DNA of 64,000 bases from an uncultured archaeon. Its GTDB lineage: Archaea > Aenigmatarchaeota > Aenigmatarchaeia > Aenigmatarchaeales > Aenigmatarchaeaceae. The notes beneath the pieces are model-generated. The model ran no database searches. It had not been told where the DNA came from and saw only the letters and a program-made list of their open reading frames with translations. The DNA lies in the NCBI GenBank assembly GCA_964347265.1, contig CAYFXV010000001.1:14397-78396 (forward strand), read 5' to 3'. The position numbers and the translations under genes are program-made. Positions 46,301-55,878 of the stretch are shown here, piece by piece (position 1 is the first letter of the stretch; each line of letters opens with the position of its first letter).

Positions 46301-47086
46301 TTATTCAAAAAACACTATTACCTGAGCAGAAGAAACATCATACCTTGTATTCGGTTCTGTAGAAAATTCAATTGTATTATTTCCAGTTTTAAGAACACTA
46401 GTAGGAAAGTCCTTATAGATTGTTGTTATCCCACTATGAACTTTTACCCTATTTATAATAACATCAAGGTCTCCTATTCCTTCTCTATCAGCATAAACAA
46501 CAATTCTTGCTCTTTCCATATACTCAATCTCTAAATCATTTAATTCAAAATTAAAACTTTTAGTTTTCTTACCATAATAATTAACAATAACATCTGAATC
46601 AAAGATGTAAACAGTTGGAGCCCAAATTTTCCAACCAGAGTTTTCAGCCTTTATTTCTAAAATATTGTTTTTTTCTAAAATGTCTTTATCAAATCCAATT
46701 AGTTTTTCGCCAACAGGGGGATAGTCTGCATAAACTTGTTGTCCATTGACTAAAATTATCAATCTGCCATAATAGTTTGTGTTCCAAACTCTAAGATTTA
46801 TCAAAACTTCAGAAACTTCATCTGGATCTGAAACTTGAAAACCAACTCTTTTCTCTTCATTAACAAATGCGCCATTAGAAACCTCTCCTTTTACATAACC
46901 AACTTTTTCTTCTCCTGTTGTAAAAGAAACTTCAAAATTATAAAATTCTATTGTTCTATCAGCTGGTAAATATCTATAAGGATATGTTCTAGAAGGTCTA
47001 AAAATTAAGCCACCTCCTCCAAAAACTAGCAAAAATACAATTAAACAAATTATTGCTATTACTAAAATCGGTAGGAAGTCTGGCAT
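46301..47086 (-). CDS. N-terminally anchored extracytoplasmic protein, first gene of the envelope cluster.
   Basis: 261 aa. N-terminal TM MPDFLPILVIAIICLIVFLLVFGGGG, then a soluble domain. Confidence 0.45.
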   Translation of the reverse strand: MPDFLPILVIAIICLIVFLLVFGGGGLIFRPSRTYPYRYLPADRTIEFYNFEVSFTTGEEKVGYVKGEVSNGAFVNEEKRVGFQVSDPDEVSEVLINLRVWNTNYYGRLIILVNGQQVYADYPPVGEKLIGFDKDILEKNNILEIKAENSGWKIWAPTVYIFDSDVIVNYYGKKTKSFNFELNDLEIEYMERARIVVYADREGIGDLDVIINRVKVHSGITTIYKDFPTSVLKTGNNTIEFSTEPNTRYDVSSAQVIVFFE

Positions 47087-47123
47087 AGTTGATATTTAAA
47101 CACATAAGAATAAAAATATTCTC

Positions 47124-48140
47124 ATGCGCTCACGTTTTGATTTAAAGCACAACATAGGGAAAATAACTCCTCATTCAAAAGAGGATTTATACATATTAAA
47201 AGAAGTTATAACTCCTGGAAATTTTATTACTGCAAAGTCTCCAAGAAGTGTTAAAATAAGAAGAGAAGGAGAACTAATAAGAGCTAAAACAGGAAGAAAG
47301 GAATCAATAATGAAAATACTTGTTGAAAAAATTGAATTAAAAGATAAATTAAGACTAACTGGAAAGATTTTAGAAGCTCCTGAAAGAGTGGAGAGAGGTT
47401 ATCACACAATTGAAATCGAGCCTAACAAATTTTTAAAAATAGAAAAAGAATGGAAATCTTGGGAAATTGATAGAATTAAATCTGCTGAAAGAAGACCTGA
47501 ACCAGTTTTAGTATGTATATTAGATGAAAATGAAGCTGATTTTTATTTTTTAAAAGAAAGATACAAACATTTGTTTAATTTAGTTTCTAAAGCAACTGGA
47601 AAAAGATTTGATTCAAAAAAAGCTGAAAAAGAAAGAAAAGAATATTATGTTAATATTTTAAATGAATTGAAAAAAAGATCTAAAAATGTTAAAAAAATTG
47701 TAATAGCTGGCCCTGGATTTGCAAGAGATGATTTGCAAAAACTAATGAAACAAAGGGGAAAAGAATTGTTAGAAAAATTAATGATGGAATTTACTTATCA
47801 AACAGGAAATTTAGGTTTGCAAGAATTGTTAAAAAAGGGTTTAATAGAAAAAATAACTAAATACAGTAGAATTTCTCAAGAAACAAAAGCTGTTGAAAAA
47901 TTATTAGAAGAAATAAATAAAAATGGGAAAGCTGTTTATGGTTTGGAAAATACTAGAGAAGCTTTGGAAAATGGAACTGTTGATTTTCTTTTAGTTTCTG
48001 ATATTAAATTAAGAGAATTTGAAGAATTGTTAGATTTGGCAGACAAAATAAAATGTAAAATAATGATAATAGCTTCTGAACATGCTGCTGGAGAAAGACT
48101 GGTTGGATTAGGTGGAATAGCAGGATTGCTAAAATTCTGA
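47124..48140 (+). CDS. pelA: Protein Pelota (Dom34 homolog; mRNA surveillance/ribosome rescue).
   Basis: 338 aa, with Pelota-typical size and eRF1-like domain features (..IAGPGFARDDL.., C-terminal GERLVGLGGIAGLLKF). Confidence 0.75.
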   Translation: MRSRFDLKHNIGKITPHSKEDLYILKEVITPGNFITAKSPRSVKIRREGELIRAKTGRKESIMKILVEKIELKDKLRLTGKILEAPERVERGYHTIEIEPNKFLKIEKEWKSWEIDRIKSAERRPEPVLVCILDENEADFYFLKERYKHLFNLVSKATGKRFDSKKAEKERKEYYVNILNELKKRSKNVKKIVIAGPGFARDDLQKLMKQRGKELLEKLMMEFTYQTGNLGLQELLKKGLIEKITKYSRISQETKAVEKLLEEINKNGKAVYGLENTREALENGTVDFLLVSDIKLREFEELLDLADKIKCKIMIIASEHAAGERLVGLGGIAGLLKF

Positions 48141-48226
48141 ATCTAGCAAATATTTTAACTCTATTATTGTAGTTAATAAAACGAAAAGTTTAAATTTATG
48201 AATTATTTATTCTATATTGTGTTTGT

Positions 48227-48385
48227 ATGCCAGATGATCTTGATGTATTTATTGCATCTCAGAGGAGAAATAATACTAAATTAAAACATTTTGAAGAAGT
48301 TGGCAAAGATATATTTGTAGAATACAAAACTCCCATTAAACGAGAATATAAAGACTATATAAACATTTCTTCTCTTTTTAAATAA
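48227..48385 (+). CDS. Possible small protein (52 aa) in an otherwise empty 275-nt gap.
   Basis: Manually found ORF: MPDDLDVFIASQRRNNTKLKHFEEVGKDIFVEYKTPIKREYKDYINISSLFK. No recognisable motif; it may be non-coding. Confidence 0.2.
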   Translation: MPDDLDVFIASQRRNNTKLKHFEEVGKDIFVEYKTPIKREYKDYINISSLFK

Positions 48386-48415
48386 TTTAAATATAAATTT
48401 ATCCAAATTCTAAAC

Positions 48416-49171
48416 ATGATTGACAAACTTTTAAGAGCTTATTTAATTGAGAAAAAACCTTGGTATGGAATTGTATTAGGTTTTCTTTTTGCAAGCTTAG
48501 GAATAATATTTGCTTTTCTTATTTTTAGAACAGAACCATCATTTCCTGCAGTTTTTTTAACAACTTTAGCAGCAGCACCTTTAATTGTTAAATTAATAAA
48601 AAGTGAAAGACAAAAAGAAAACATATTAAGAAGACATGAAAATATTATTGGAGTTTATTTTTATTTGTTCTTTGGAATGACCATTGCATTTGCTTTATTT
48701 AATGCTTTTTTACCAACTGAAATTTCTAGTTCTATTTTTAGTGAACAGCTAAACAAATTTTCTGCAGGTTATTTTACAGGACAATCTCAACTATTTTTTG
48801 AAATAATTTTAAATAATCTTGGCTTAGTTTTATTCTTTTTCATATTATCTTTGTTTTATGGTTCTGGTTCAATGTTTCTTTTATCTTGGAACTCGTCCAT
48901 ACTTGGAGTAATGTGGGGCAATATATTGAAGATTTCACTTTCTTTAATGGATCCACTTGTTTTTGTTCAAAATGTTTTTTTCATATTTCCTTTCTTATTA
49001 CCTGAAGTTGAGGCTTATTTCTTAGCTTCAATAGCTGGTGGTATAGTTTCTGTAAACTTGGATAATAAGAAAAAATTAGAAACTGCAATGAATGATTCTT
49101 TGATGTTTTTAGTATTATCTATAGTGTTGATAATAATTGCTGGTGGTATAGAAACTATTTTGATTGCATAA
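48416..49171 (+). CDS. Polytopic membrane protein (SpoIIM/DUF95-like).
   Basis: 251 aa with six or more TM helices. Confidence 0.35.
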   Translation: MIDKLLRAYLIEKKPWYGIVLGFLFASLGIIFAFLIFRTEPSFPAVFLTTLAAAPLIVKLIKSERQKENILRRHENIIGVYFYLFFGMTIAFALFNAFLPTEISSSIFSEQLNKFSAGYFTGQSQLFFEIILNNLGLVLFFFILSLFYGSGSMFLLSWNSSILGVMWGNILKISLSLMDPLVFVQNVFFIFPFLLPEVEAYFLASIAGGIVSVNLDNKKKLETAMNDSLMFLVLSIVLIIIAGGIETILIA

Positions 49172-50501
49172 ATTTATGTCAGAATTATTAATTATGATTA
49201 TGAAAAAATGGATTTTTTTATTATTCTCATTAACGTTTGTTTTTGTTACAATAAATTTGACAAGGGTTGAAGCTATAACAAACCCTACCCCTGATCCTGA
49301 ATGTGATAGAAAAGAACCAGGAGAAAGCTTAAATGACGGAATTTGTAATTTAACTTGTCAATATATCGAATGCAATCCTGATGGAACTAGTGATTATGAA
49401 GTTAAGGTATTCAGGGAAGATTTCGATTATCTTGATAGCGATATATGGGCTTTTGAAGGAGTTGGACCCTTAGTTGAAAGTGGGAATTTAGTTGTGCACG
49501 TACTAGCATGGCAAACAAATTATGATACAAAGATTTTCACTGGAGAAAAATTTGGAAAAGCAATTTATGAGTTTAAAATTAAAATGACTGAAAAAGTTCA
49601 AGATGTTGCATCATTCTTTTTCTTGTATGAAGGACAAGAAACTGGATGTAAACCAGATTCGTATCCATTTTGTCAGGAAATAGATGTTGAATTTTTCGGT
49701 TACGTTCCCGAAGGATCAAACCCAAGAATAGATGATAGAAATTCAATTGTTTTTGCAAGTAGAAATTCTACTGGTCATTGGAGTTGGCATATAGTATCAG
49801 CTCCAAGCAACTTGGACGATGAGAATTGGCATTTATTCAGATTAGAATATAGAACAGATTCGATAGTACTTACAGTTGATGATTCAGTAATTGGAACTAT
49901 TACAGATATCATTCCGGATAAAAATATGCACATATATTTTGGGGCATATGGAAGTACCCATGAAAATTCGTATACCATGTATGTCGCTTATGTTGAAGTA
50001 TTTAAATTATTTAATGTATGTAAATTAGAATGTGGTGCTGATTCTGAGTGTGATGAAATAATACCAGGGTGTAGTGGTTGTAATGATACTTGCCGATATT
50101 GCTCTGGTGACGTAGATGGTGACGGTGATGTTGATTATAATGATTTCATTATTCTTGCAGGGGCTTATGGCTCGAGCAGCGGTCAACCAGCCTATGATGT
50201 GTGTGCAGACTTTGATAAAGACGGTGATGTTGACTATGATGATTTCATGGTTCTTGCAGGAAACTATGGGAAGAGTTGTCTAGGATCTACAGGAACGTTT
50301 ACAGGTCCTTCTAGAATAACAGAGAGCATGATGAAGAAATTAGAAAAAGAGAAAAAACCAAAAGCATACTTTACATTGCCTTATTTGTTAGAAGTTGTGA
50401 TTCCGTTTGTTAGTTTTGTAATTATAGCCTTGATTGAGATTTTTGTTTTAGGATTGATAATTAGAAAATTGCATGAGATGTATCCTAAGAAAAAGAAATA
50501 A
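49164..50501 (+). CDS. Secreted GH16-family glycoside hydrolase (beta-glucanase/laminarinase-like) with a dockerin-like module and a C-terminal TM anchor.
   Basis: 445 aa with a signal peptide. The GH16 catalytic motif is QEIDVEF (E-x-D-x-x-E). It has two Ca-binding dockerin-like repeats, DVDGDGDVDYNDFIILAGAYG and DFDKDGDVDYDDFMVLAGNYG, and a terminal hydrophobic helix followed by KKKK. Confidence 0.65.
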   Translation: MHKFMSELLIMIMKKWIFLLFSLTFVFVTINLTRVEAITNPTPDPECDRKEPGESLNDGICNLTCQYIECNPDGTSDYEVKVFREDFDYLDSDIWAFEGVGPLVESGNLVVHVLAWQTNYDTKIFTGEKFGKAIYEFKIKMTEKVQDVASFFFLYEGQETGCKPDSYPFCQEIDVEFFGYVPEGSNPRIDDRNSIVFASRNSTGHWSWHIVSAPSNLDDENWHLFRLEYRTDSIVLTVDDSVIGTITDIIPDKNMHIYFGAYGSTHENSYTMYVAYVEVFKLFNVCKLECGADSECDEIIPGCSGCNDTCRYCSGDVDGDGDVDYNDFIILAGAYGSSSGQPAYDVCADFDKDGDVDYDDFMVLAGNYGKSCLGSTGTFTGPSRITESMMKKLEKEKKPKAYFTLPYLLEVVIPFVSFVIIALIEIFVLGLIIRKLHEMYPKKKK

Positions 50502-50503
50502 TT

Positions 50504-51355
50504 CTATGCAATTGTTATTGTTGAATTTGTTGAATGAATTGTAGTATTACTAATACCTGTTGTTGTTATTGTAAAATCACCAATTAGTGTAGCCATTGCA
50601 ATTTGAATATTTAATACAGAAGTTGCAAAACCTTCAGAAGGAACATTAACAGGACTTATTGAATATGAACATATAGAACCAATAGGACAACCTGAAAGAG
50701 ATAAATGAACTAAACCTGAAAACCTATTGATTGAGCTTACATTAATTACAAATGAGGCTTTTTGAGCAACAACTTTAGTATAATTAGGTATTGACTCTAT
50801 AGAAAAGTCTTTTATGCAAGAACTATTATAAGCGCATCTAGATTCTATATCGCAGTTTGATGGTTCACATGTTCTAACCATATACATTTGAGAAGTACAA
50901 GGTCCTCCACAACCTTTATTAATCCACCTTGTACAAAGACATTCTTTAGGTTTAACAGTTAAATAATAAGTTGATGTTTTTTTAATACCAAAACTAGATG
51001 CAAAAATGTTTATTGGATAAGTTCCTTCAGGTGTTGATTCTGATGGTATAATTGTTAATTCAGAAGTATAAGTTGGTGTAGCATTATTTACTGATAAAAA
51101 ACATGCAGTATGTTTTGGACAATTTGAAATATATATTTCAACTTCTCTAGAATCTTCAGAATCAGAAAATACTATGACTGTAGATGTTATAGATTTTTCT
51201 TGACTTATTGTTCCTTCTTTTGGCTCTATGTAAATATTAAAATCAAATGGTTGAGGAAAAATATAAAACATAAAATCAAGAAAAAACCATCCAATGAAAA
51301 ATATTGTAAATACGATTAAGAGGGATATTATTTGTAAAAATGATTTCTTTTTCAT
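50504..51355 (-). CDS. Cys-rich secreted or membrane-anchored hypothetical protein.
   Basis: 283 aa with an N-terminal TM and clustered cysteines (CLCTRWINKGCGGPCTSQ...CEPSNCDIESRC). Confidence 0.4.
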   Translation of the reverse strand: MKKKSFLQIISLLIVFTIFFIGWFFLDFMFYIFPQPFDFNIYIEPKEGTISQEKSITSTVIVFSDSEDSREVEIYISNCPKHTACFLSVNNATPTYTSELTIIPSESTPEGTYPINIFASSFGIKKTSTYYLTVKPKECLCTRWINKGCGGPCTSQMYMVRTCEPSNCDIESRCAYNSSCIKDFSIESIPNYTKVVAQKASFVINVSSINRFSGLVHLSLSGCPIGSICSYSISPVNVPSEGFATSVLNIQIAMATLIGDFTITTTGISNTTIHSTNSTITIA

Positions 51356-51385
51356 AAATAATTTTTAGAATAATTAGATAATAAA

Positions 51386-51458
51386 TGGACCCGTCGGGAC
51401 TTGAACCCGAAACCTCCACCATGCCAAGGTGGCGATCTACCAATTGATCTACAGGCCC
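51386..51458 (-). tRNA. tRNA-Ala (anticodon GGC).
   Basis: Reverse-complement fold: acceptor GGGCCTG/CGGGTCC with a G3:U70 identity pair, anticodon loop TTGGCAT, T-loop TTCAAGT. Confidence 0.8.
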
Positions 51459-51466
51459 AAAAATAA

Positions 51467-51539
51467 TGGGCCAGGGGAGATTCGAACTCCCGACCTCCAC
51501 GGTGTAAGCGTGGCGTCATAACCACTAGACCACCGGCCC
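51467..51539 (-). tRNA. tRNA-Val (anticodon TAC).
   Basis: Reverse-complement fold: acceptor GGGCCGG/CTGGCCC, anticodon stem CCACG/CGTGG with loop CTTACAC, T-loop TTCGAAT. Confidence 0.8.
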
Positions 51540-51587
51540 TTAAGAAACAATAAAACTTGCAACATATAAAAAATTAACTAAAATAAT

Positions 51588-52151
51588 ATGTTTATGAGAC
51601 TTTCAAGAAAATTTTACTCAAGAAACACAAAAACAGTTGCAAAAGAATTGTTAGGAAAAATCTTAGTTCATAAAAAATGTAAAGGAAAGATAGTTGAAAC
51701 TGAAGCTTATTTTGGAAAGTATGATCCTGCTTCTCATGCCTATTGTAAAATTACAAAAAGAAATATAATAATGTACCAGAAACCCGGAACTGCTTATGTT
51801 TATTTTACTTATGGAAATCATTGGATGTTTAATGTTGTTACAGAGAAAAAAGGTATACCTGGAGCTGTTTTAATAAGAGCTGTAGAACCATTAAATGGAA
51901 TTGAAATAATGAAAAGAAGAAGAAAAATAAATAATATTAAAAATCTTACAAATGGTCCTGGTAAATTAACTAAAGCTTTTAGTATTAATAAAAAACATAA
52001 TTGTCTAGACTTAACAAAAAGTAATTTGTTTATAGAAAATTCTAATGAAAAGTTTAAAATTGTTAAAACAACTAGAATTGGTCTTTCTAAAGGTCAGGAA
52101 AAATTATTAAGATTTTATATAAAAGATAATGGATTTGTTTCTAAAAAATAA
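51588..52151 (+). CDS. DNA-3-methyladenine glycosylase (MPG/AAG family).
   Basis: 187 aa. ETEAYFGKYDPASHAY...GTAYVYFTYGNHWMFNVV...GAVLIRAVEP matches the MPG family. Confidence 0.8.
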   Translation: MFMRLSRKFYSRNTKTVAKELLGKILVHKKCKGKIVETEAYFGKYDPASHAYCKITKRNIIMYQKPGTAYVYFTYGNHWMFNVVTEKKGIPGAVLIRAVEPLNGIEIMKRRRKINNIKNLTNGPGKLTKAFSINKKHNCLDLTKSNLFIENSNEKFKIVKTTRIGLSKGQEKLLRFYIKDNGFVSKK

Positions 52152-52155
52152 GTGA

Positions 52156-52269
52156 TGGGCGAGGTGAGATTTGAACTCACGACCTCCAGTATTTACAGAA
52201 CGCAGCCACAAAAAATGACTAACGTCATTTTATAAGACTGGCGCTCTAACCAAACTAAGCTACCCGCCC
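52156..52269 (-). tRNA. Intron-containing tRNA. The anticodon is TAT (tRNA-Ile) if the intron is at the canonical 37/38 position.
   Basis: Reverse complement: acceptor GGGCGGG/CTCGCCC, D-arm GCTT..GAGC, anticodon stem CCAGT/ACTGG enclosing CTTATA plus a ~39-nt insert (with hairpin ATGAC-GTTA-GTCAT), T-arm GTGAG-TTCAAAT-CTCAC. Confidence 0.65.
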
Positions 52270-52306
52270 AATACCAATTTATTTATTGCTAAACTAATTT
52301 AAAAAT

Positions 52307-53200
52307 ATGTTGAATTTAAGACAAGAGGTTCAAGGATTCCTAGAAAAAAGCGATTATGTTACTTGTGAATATAAAGGTTGTTTTGATATAGCAGCCAAGA
52401 AAGATGCTTTATTGCTATTAAAAGTTTTGTTAAACATTGATGGTTTTCAAAGAGAACAAGCAAGAAACTTAAAAATCATATCAAACAATCTTGATGCTCA
52501 TCCTTTTTTAATAGGAGTTCAAACTAATAGAGAAAAACTAAAAACTGGAATAGTTTATGAAAGATATGAAACACCAACTGTTTCTTTAAAAACCTTTGAA
52601 GATCTAATTGTTAATTCAATATTTCCTAGAATATATAGAGATAGAGGAGGATTGTATGTAGAAATTGATTCTGCAATATTAAGAGAAATAAGAAAGAAAA
52701 AAGGTTTAACTCAAAGAGAATTGGCAGAAGCTATTGGAATTAATAAAAAGGTTATTTATGAACATGAGAAAAAGCAGTTAAGAATGTTATTAGAAATAGC
52801 TGAAAAAATAGAGAGAACACTTAATCAAAAAATAATAAAACCAATAGAAGTTTTTAAAAAATATGAAGAGCACGGATATCCTAAAGATTCTATAGAAAGA
52901 GGAGTTAAAAAACATTTGGAAAAAATAGGTTTTAAAACTGATTTTGTAAAACAAGCCCCTTTAGATGTTTTTGCTAAAGAAAAATCATTAGTTTTATCTG
53001 ATATTGAAATAAATAAAAGAAAAATGAAACAACATGCTGCAAGTTTAAAAGATTTTATAAACGTGGTAAAAAAGCCTGCTATTCTCATAACTGAAAAAAC
53101 AAGAGATGAAGAAATATTAGGAATACCTGTAATTGAGAGAAAAAAACTAAAAGAAATTGATAAAAAAGAATTGATTAAAAAAGCTAAGAAAGCAATTTAA
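52307..53200 (+). CDS. Archaeal HTH (XRE-type) transcriptional regulator of the MJ1164/PF0535-like family.
   Basis: 297 aa. Central HTH KGLTQRELAEAIGINKKVIYEHE. Its length and layout match the conserved archaeal putative HTH-type regulator family. Internal minus ORF 52825..53088 is spurious. Confidence 0.6.
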   Translation: MLNLRQEVQGFLEKSDYVTCEYKGCFDIAAKKDALLLLKVLLNIDGFQREQARNLKIISNNLDAHPFLIGVQTNREKLKTGIVYERYETPTVSLKTFEDLIVNSIFPRIYRDRGGLYVEIDSAILREIRKKKGLTQRELAEAIGINKKVIYEHEKKQLRMLLEIAEKIERTLNQKIIKPIEVFKKYEEHGYPKDSIERGVKKHLEKIGFKTDFVKQAPLDVFAKEKSLVLSDIEINKRKMKQHAASLKDFINVVKKPAILITEKTRDEEILGIPVIERKKLKEIDKKELIKKAKKAI

Positions 53201-53233
53201 ATAATTCTAAAAAGTATAATTTCTAGTGTTTTA

Positions 53234-53518
53234 ATGGGGATGATAAAAGAATTTATGGATTTTGTAAGGAAACAAAATGTTGTATCAGTTGCATTAGGTT
53301 TGGTAATTGGTTTTGGAACTAAAACATTGATAGATGCATTAATAGCAGATTTAATAGCTCCAGTATACGAACCATATTTGGGATTTGGCCCTGATGCTGT
53401 AATGACAGTGGGTTTATCTGTCTTTAAGGTGGGTCATTTCATACAAGCATTAATCAGTTTTCTAGTGATCCTACTTGTAGCTTTTATAATAGGAAAATCA
53501 ATGGGAAAAAAGCTGTAA
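53234..53518 (+). CDS. mscL: Large-conductance mechanosensitive channel MscL.
   Basis: 94 aa. EFMDFVRKQNVVSVALGLVIGFGTKTLIDALIADLIAP matches the MscL N-terminus/TM1 consensus. Confidence 0.75.
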   Translation: MGMIKEFMDFVRKQNVVSVALGLVIGFGTKTLIDALIADLIAPVYEPYLGFGPDAVMTVGLSVFKVGHFIQALISFLVILLVAFIIGKSMGKKL

Positions 53519-53611
53519 TTTAAATATCTTTCCTTTTTCTATTCTTAACCATTAAGTTTAAATATACTTACATACACATATTTTTTATCATACTATTTAT
53601 GAGGTGATAAA

Positions 53612-55327
53612 ATGACTAATGGACAAGCTCAATTAGGAGGCCAACCAATATTAGTCCTACCTGAAGGAACCTTAAGAACTTTAGGTAAAGGAGCTCAAAG
53701 AACTAATATAGCAGCAGCAAAAGCTGTTGCAGACGCAGTAAGAACAACTTTAGGACCAAAAGGAATGGACAAGATGTTAGTTGATAATCTAGGAGATATT
53801 GTAATAACAAATGATGGTGTAACAATTTTAGAAGAAATGCAAATAGAACATCCTGCTGCAAAAATGTTAGTAGAAGTTGCAAAAACACAAAACGAAGAAG
53901 TTGGAGACGGGACAACAACTGCAGCTGTTTTAGCAGGAGAATTACTAAAAAAAGCAGAAGATCTCTTAGAACAGAACATACACTCAACAGTTATTACAAG
54001 GGGTTATAAGATTGCAAGAGAAAAGGCATTAGAAATTCTTGATAAAATTTCTGAAAAAATAGAGCTAGAAGACACAGAAGATTTAGTAAAAATAGCAATA
54101 ACGTCAATGACAGGAAAAAGTGCAGAAATGGCATCAGAACACTTAGCAAGAGTTGTTGTAGAAGCAGTTAGAACTGTTATGGAAGACAAAGAAATTGATA
54201 AAGAAAACATTAAACTTGAAAAAAAGCAGGGAGGTTCAGCAGAAGATACAGAACTAATAAAAGGTGTAATAATTGACAAAGAAGTTGTTCACCCTGGAAT
54301 GGCTAAAAAAGTAAAATATGCAAAAATTGCTTTGTTAGATTCTTCGTTAGAAATTGAGAAGACAGAAACTGATGCACAAATACGAATAACATCACCAGAC
54401 CAGTTACAAAGTTTTCTAGATCAAGAAGAAAAAATACTAAAAGACATGGTTAACAAGGTTGCTTTGTCAGGATGTAGTGTATTATTCTGTCAAAAAGGAA
54501 TAGATGATGTAGCTCAGCATTATCTTGCTAAAAAAGGTATTTTAACAGCTAGAAGAATCAAGAAATCTGATATGGAAAAATTAGCAAGAGCAACAGGAGG
54601 AAAAATAGTTTCAAACATCTCAGATTTAAGTGAAGACGATTTAGGAGAAGCAGGCATTGTTGAAGAAAAGAAAATTTCTGGAGAAGAAATGATATTTGTC
54701 AGAGATTGTAAGAATCCAAAAGCAGTTTCAATATTAATCAGAGGTGGAACAGAACATGTTGTTGCTGAGGTTGAAAGAGCAATTGAAGATGCTATAGGAG
54801 CAACTAGCTCAGCCTTAGAAGTTGGTAAAATAGTTGCTGGTGGAGGAGCACCAGAAGAAGTTGTTGCAAGAGAATTAAGAGAATTTGCTCAAAGATATTC
54901 AGGAAGAGAACAACTAGCAATTAAAGCTTTTGCAGATGCAATGGAAATAATACCAAAGACGTTAGCAGAAAACGCAGGTCTAGACCCACTAGATATGTTA
55001 ACCGAACTAAGATCAGCACAAGAAGGCGATAGGAAAGAACATTATGAAGGACGTGAAATAAAAAAAACAGTTAAATTACATGATACTAAAACATATGACT
55101 TAAAAAAAGAACATTATGGAATAGATGTGTACACAGGAAAAATAGTTGATATGAAAGCAAAAGGTGTTATTGAACCATTGAAAATAAAAACACAAGCAAT
55201 AAAATCTGCTGCAGAAGCTGCAGAAATGATACTAAGAATAGATGATATAATATCTGCAGGAAAATTAGAAAAAGGTGGAGCACCACCAATGCCTCCAGGC
55301 GGACCAGGAATGGGAGGAATGTACTAA
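53612..55327 (+). CDS. ths: Thermosome subunit (group II chaperonin).
   Basis: 571 aa. [36 protein letters not shown] and the C-terminal GGMGGM-like tail are all present. Internal minus ORFs are spurious. Confidence 0.95.
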   Translation: MTNGQAQLGGQPILVLPEGTLRTLGKGAQRTNIAAAKAVADAVRTTLGPKGMDKMLVDNLGDIVITNDGVTILEEMQIEHPAAKMLVEVAKTQNEEVGDGTTTAAVLAGELLKKAEDLLEQNIHSTVITRGYKIAREKALEILDKISEKIELEDTEDLVKIAITSMTGKSAEMASEHLARVVVEAVRTVMEDKEIDKENIKLEKKQGGSAEDTELIKGVIIDKEVVHPGMAKKVKYAKIALLDSSLEIEKTETDAQIRITSPDQLQSFLDQEEKILKDMVNKVALSGCSVLFCQKGIDDVAQHYLAKKGILTARRIKKSDMEKLARATGGKIVSNISDLSEDDLGEAGIVEEKKISGEEMIFVRDCKNPKAVSILIRGGTEHVVAEVERAIEDAIGATSSALEVGKIVAGGGAPEEVVARELREFAQRYSGREQLAIKAFADAMEIIPKTLAENAGLDPLDMLTELRSAQEGDRKEHYEGREIKKTVKLHDTKTYDLKKEHYGIDVYTGKIVDMKAKGVIEPLKIKTQAIKSAAEAAEMILRIDDIISAGKLEKGGAPPMPPGGPGMGGMY

Positions 55328-55397
55328 TTTTCCCATTTTTTCTTTTTCTTAAACTTTTATATAGAGGTTTTGATACAATTTTACTTAGGAGAACAAT

Positions 55398-55841
55398 ATG
55401 AAAGGAATATCCACAATATTGGCAATGATATTGATTGTTATCATAGTTGTTGCTTTGATAGGATTGACTTATACTTTTGCAGTAGGACTATTTGGAACAG
55501 CAACAGCAGGAGCTACTGAACAAACAGCAGCAGTTACAGAAAGATTGCAGAAAAGTGTTGCTATAGTTGCATCAAGTTGTAGTATATCTGGAGCTAATGC
55601 TACTTATCGTTTTACACTTAAGAATACAGGAACAATGACTGTTGAAGCTGCTTCATTAAAAGCTTTTGTAGATGGAACTCTAATTCAAGGAGCATCATTT
55701 GAAGATATACCTAAAGGACAAATTGATACACAGGAAAGAGCATTTACAAATGAAACGGCATCTCAAGGAACAGCAATAACTCATACTCTAAGAATTGCAG
55801 CACCTGCAGGAGAAGTAGATTCTTCAGTAACTTGTCAATAA
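55398..55841 (+). CDS. Archaeal type IV pilin-like protein with a class III signal peptide.
   Basis: 147 aa. MKG/ISTILAMILIVIIVVALIGL is an N-terminal prepilin-like signal with a hydrophobic helix. The remainder is Thr/Ala-rich. Confidence 0.6.
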   Translation: MKGISTILAMILIVIIVVALIGLTYTFAVGLFGTATAGATEQTAAVTERLQKSVAIVASSCSISGANATYRFTLKNTGTMTVEAASLKAFVDGTLIQGASFEDIPKGQIDTQERAFTNETASQGTAITHTLRIAAPAGEVDSSVTCQ

Positions 55842-55878
55842 AAAACATTTATATAGAAGCTTCAGCAAAACTATAGTT

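Noticed and set aside
53695-54279. Three minus-strand ORFs (53695..53979, 53703..53987, 54004..54279) inside the thermosome gene.
   Set aside because: They are antisense to a near-certain chaperonin gene. Their low-complexity Ala/Ser/Leu-rich translations are typical of shadow ORFs.
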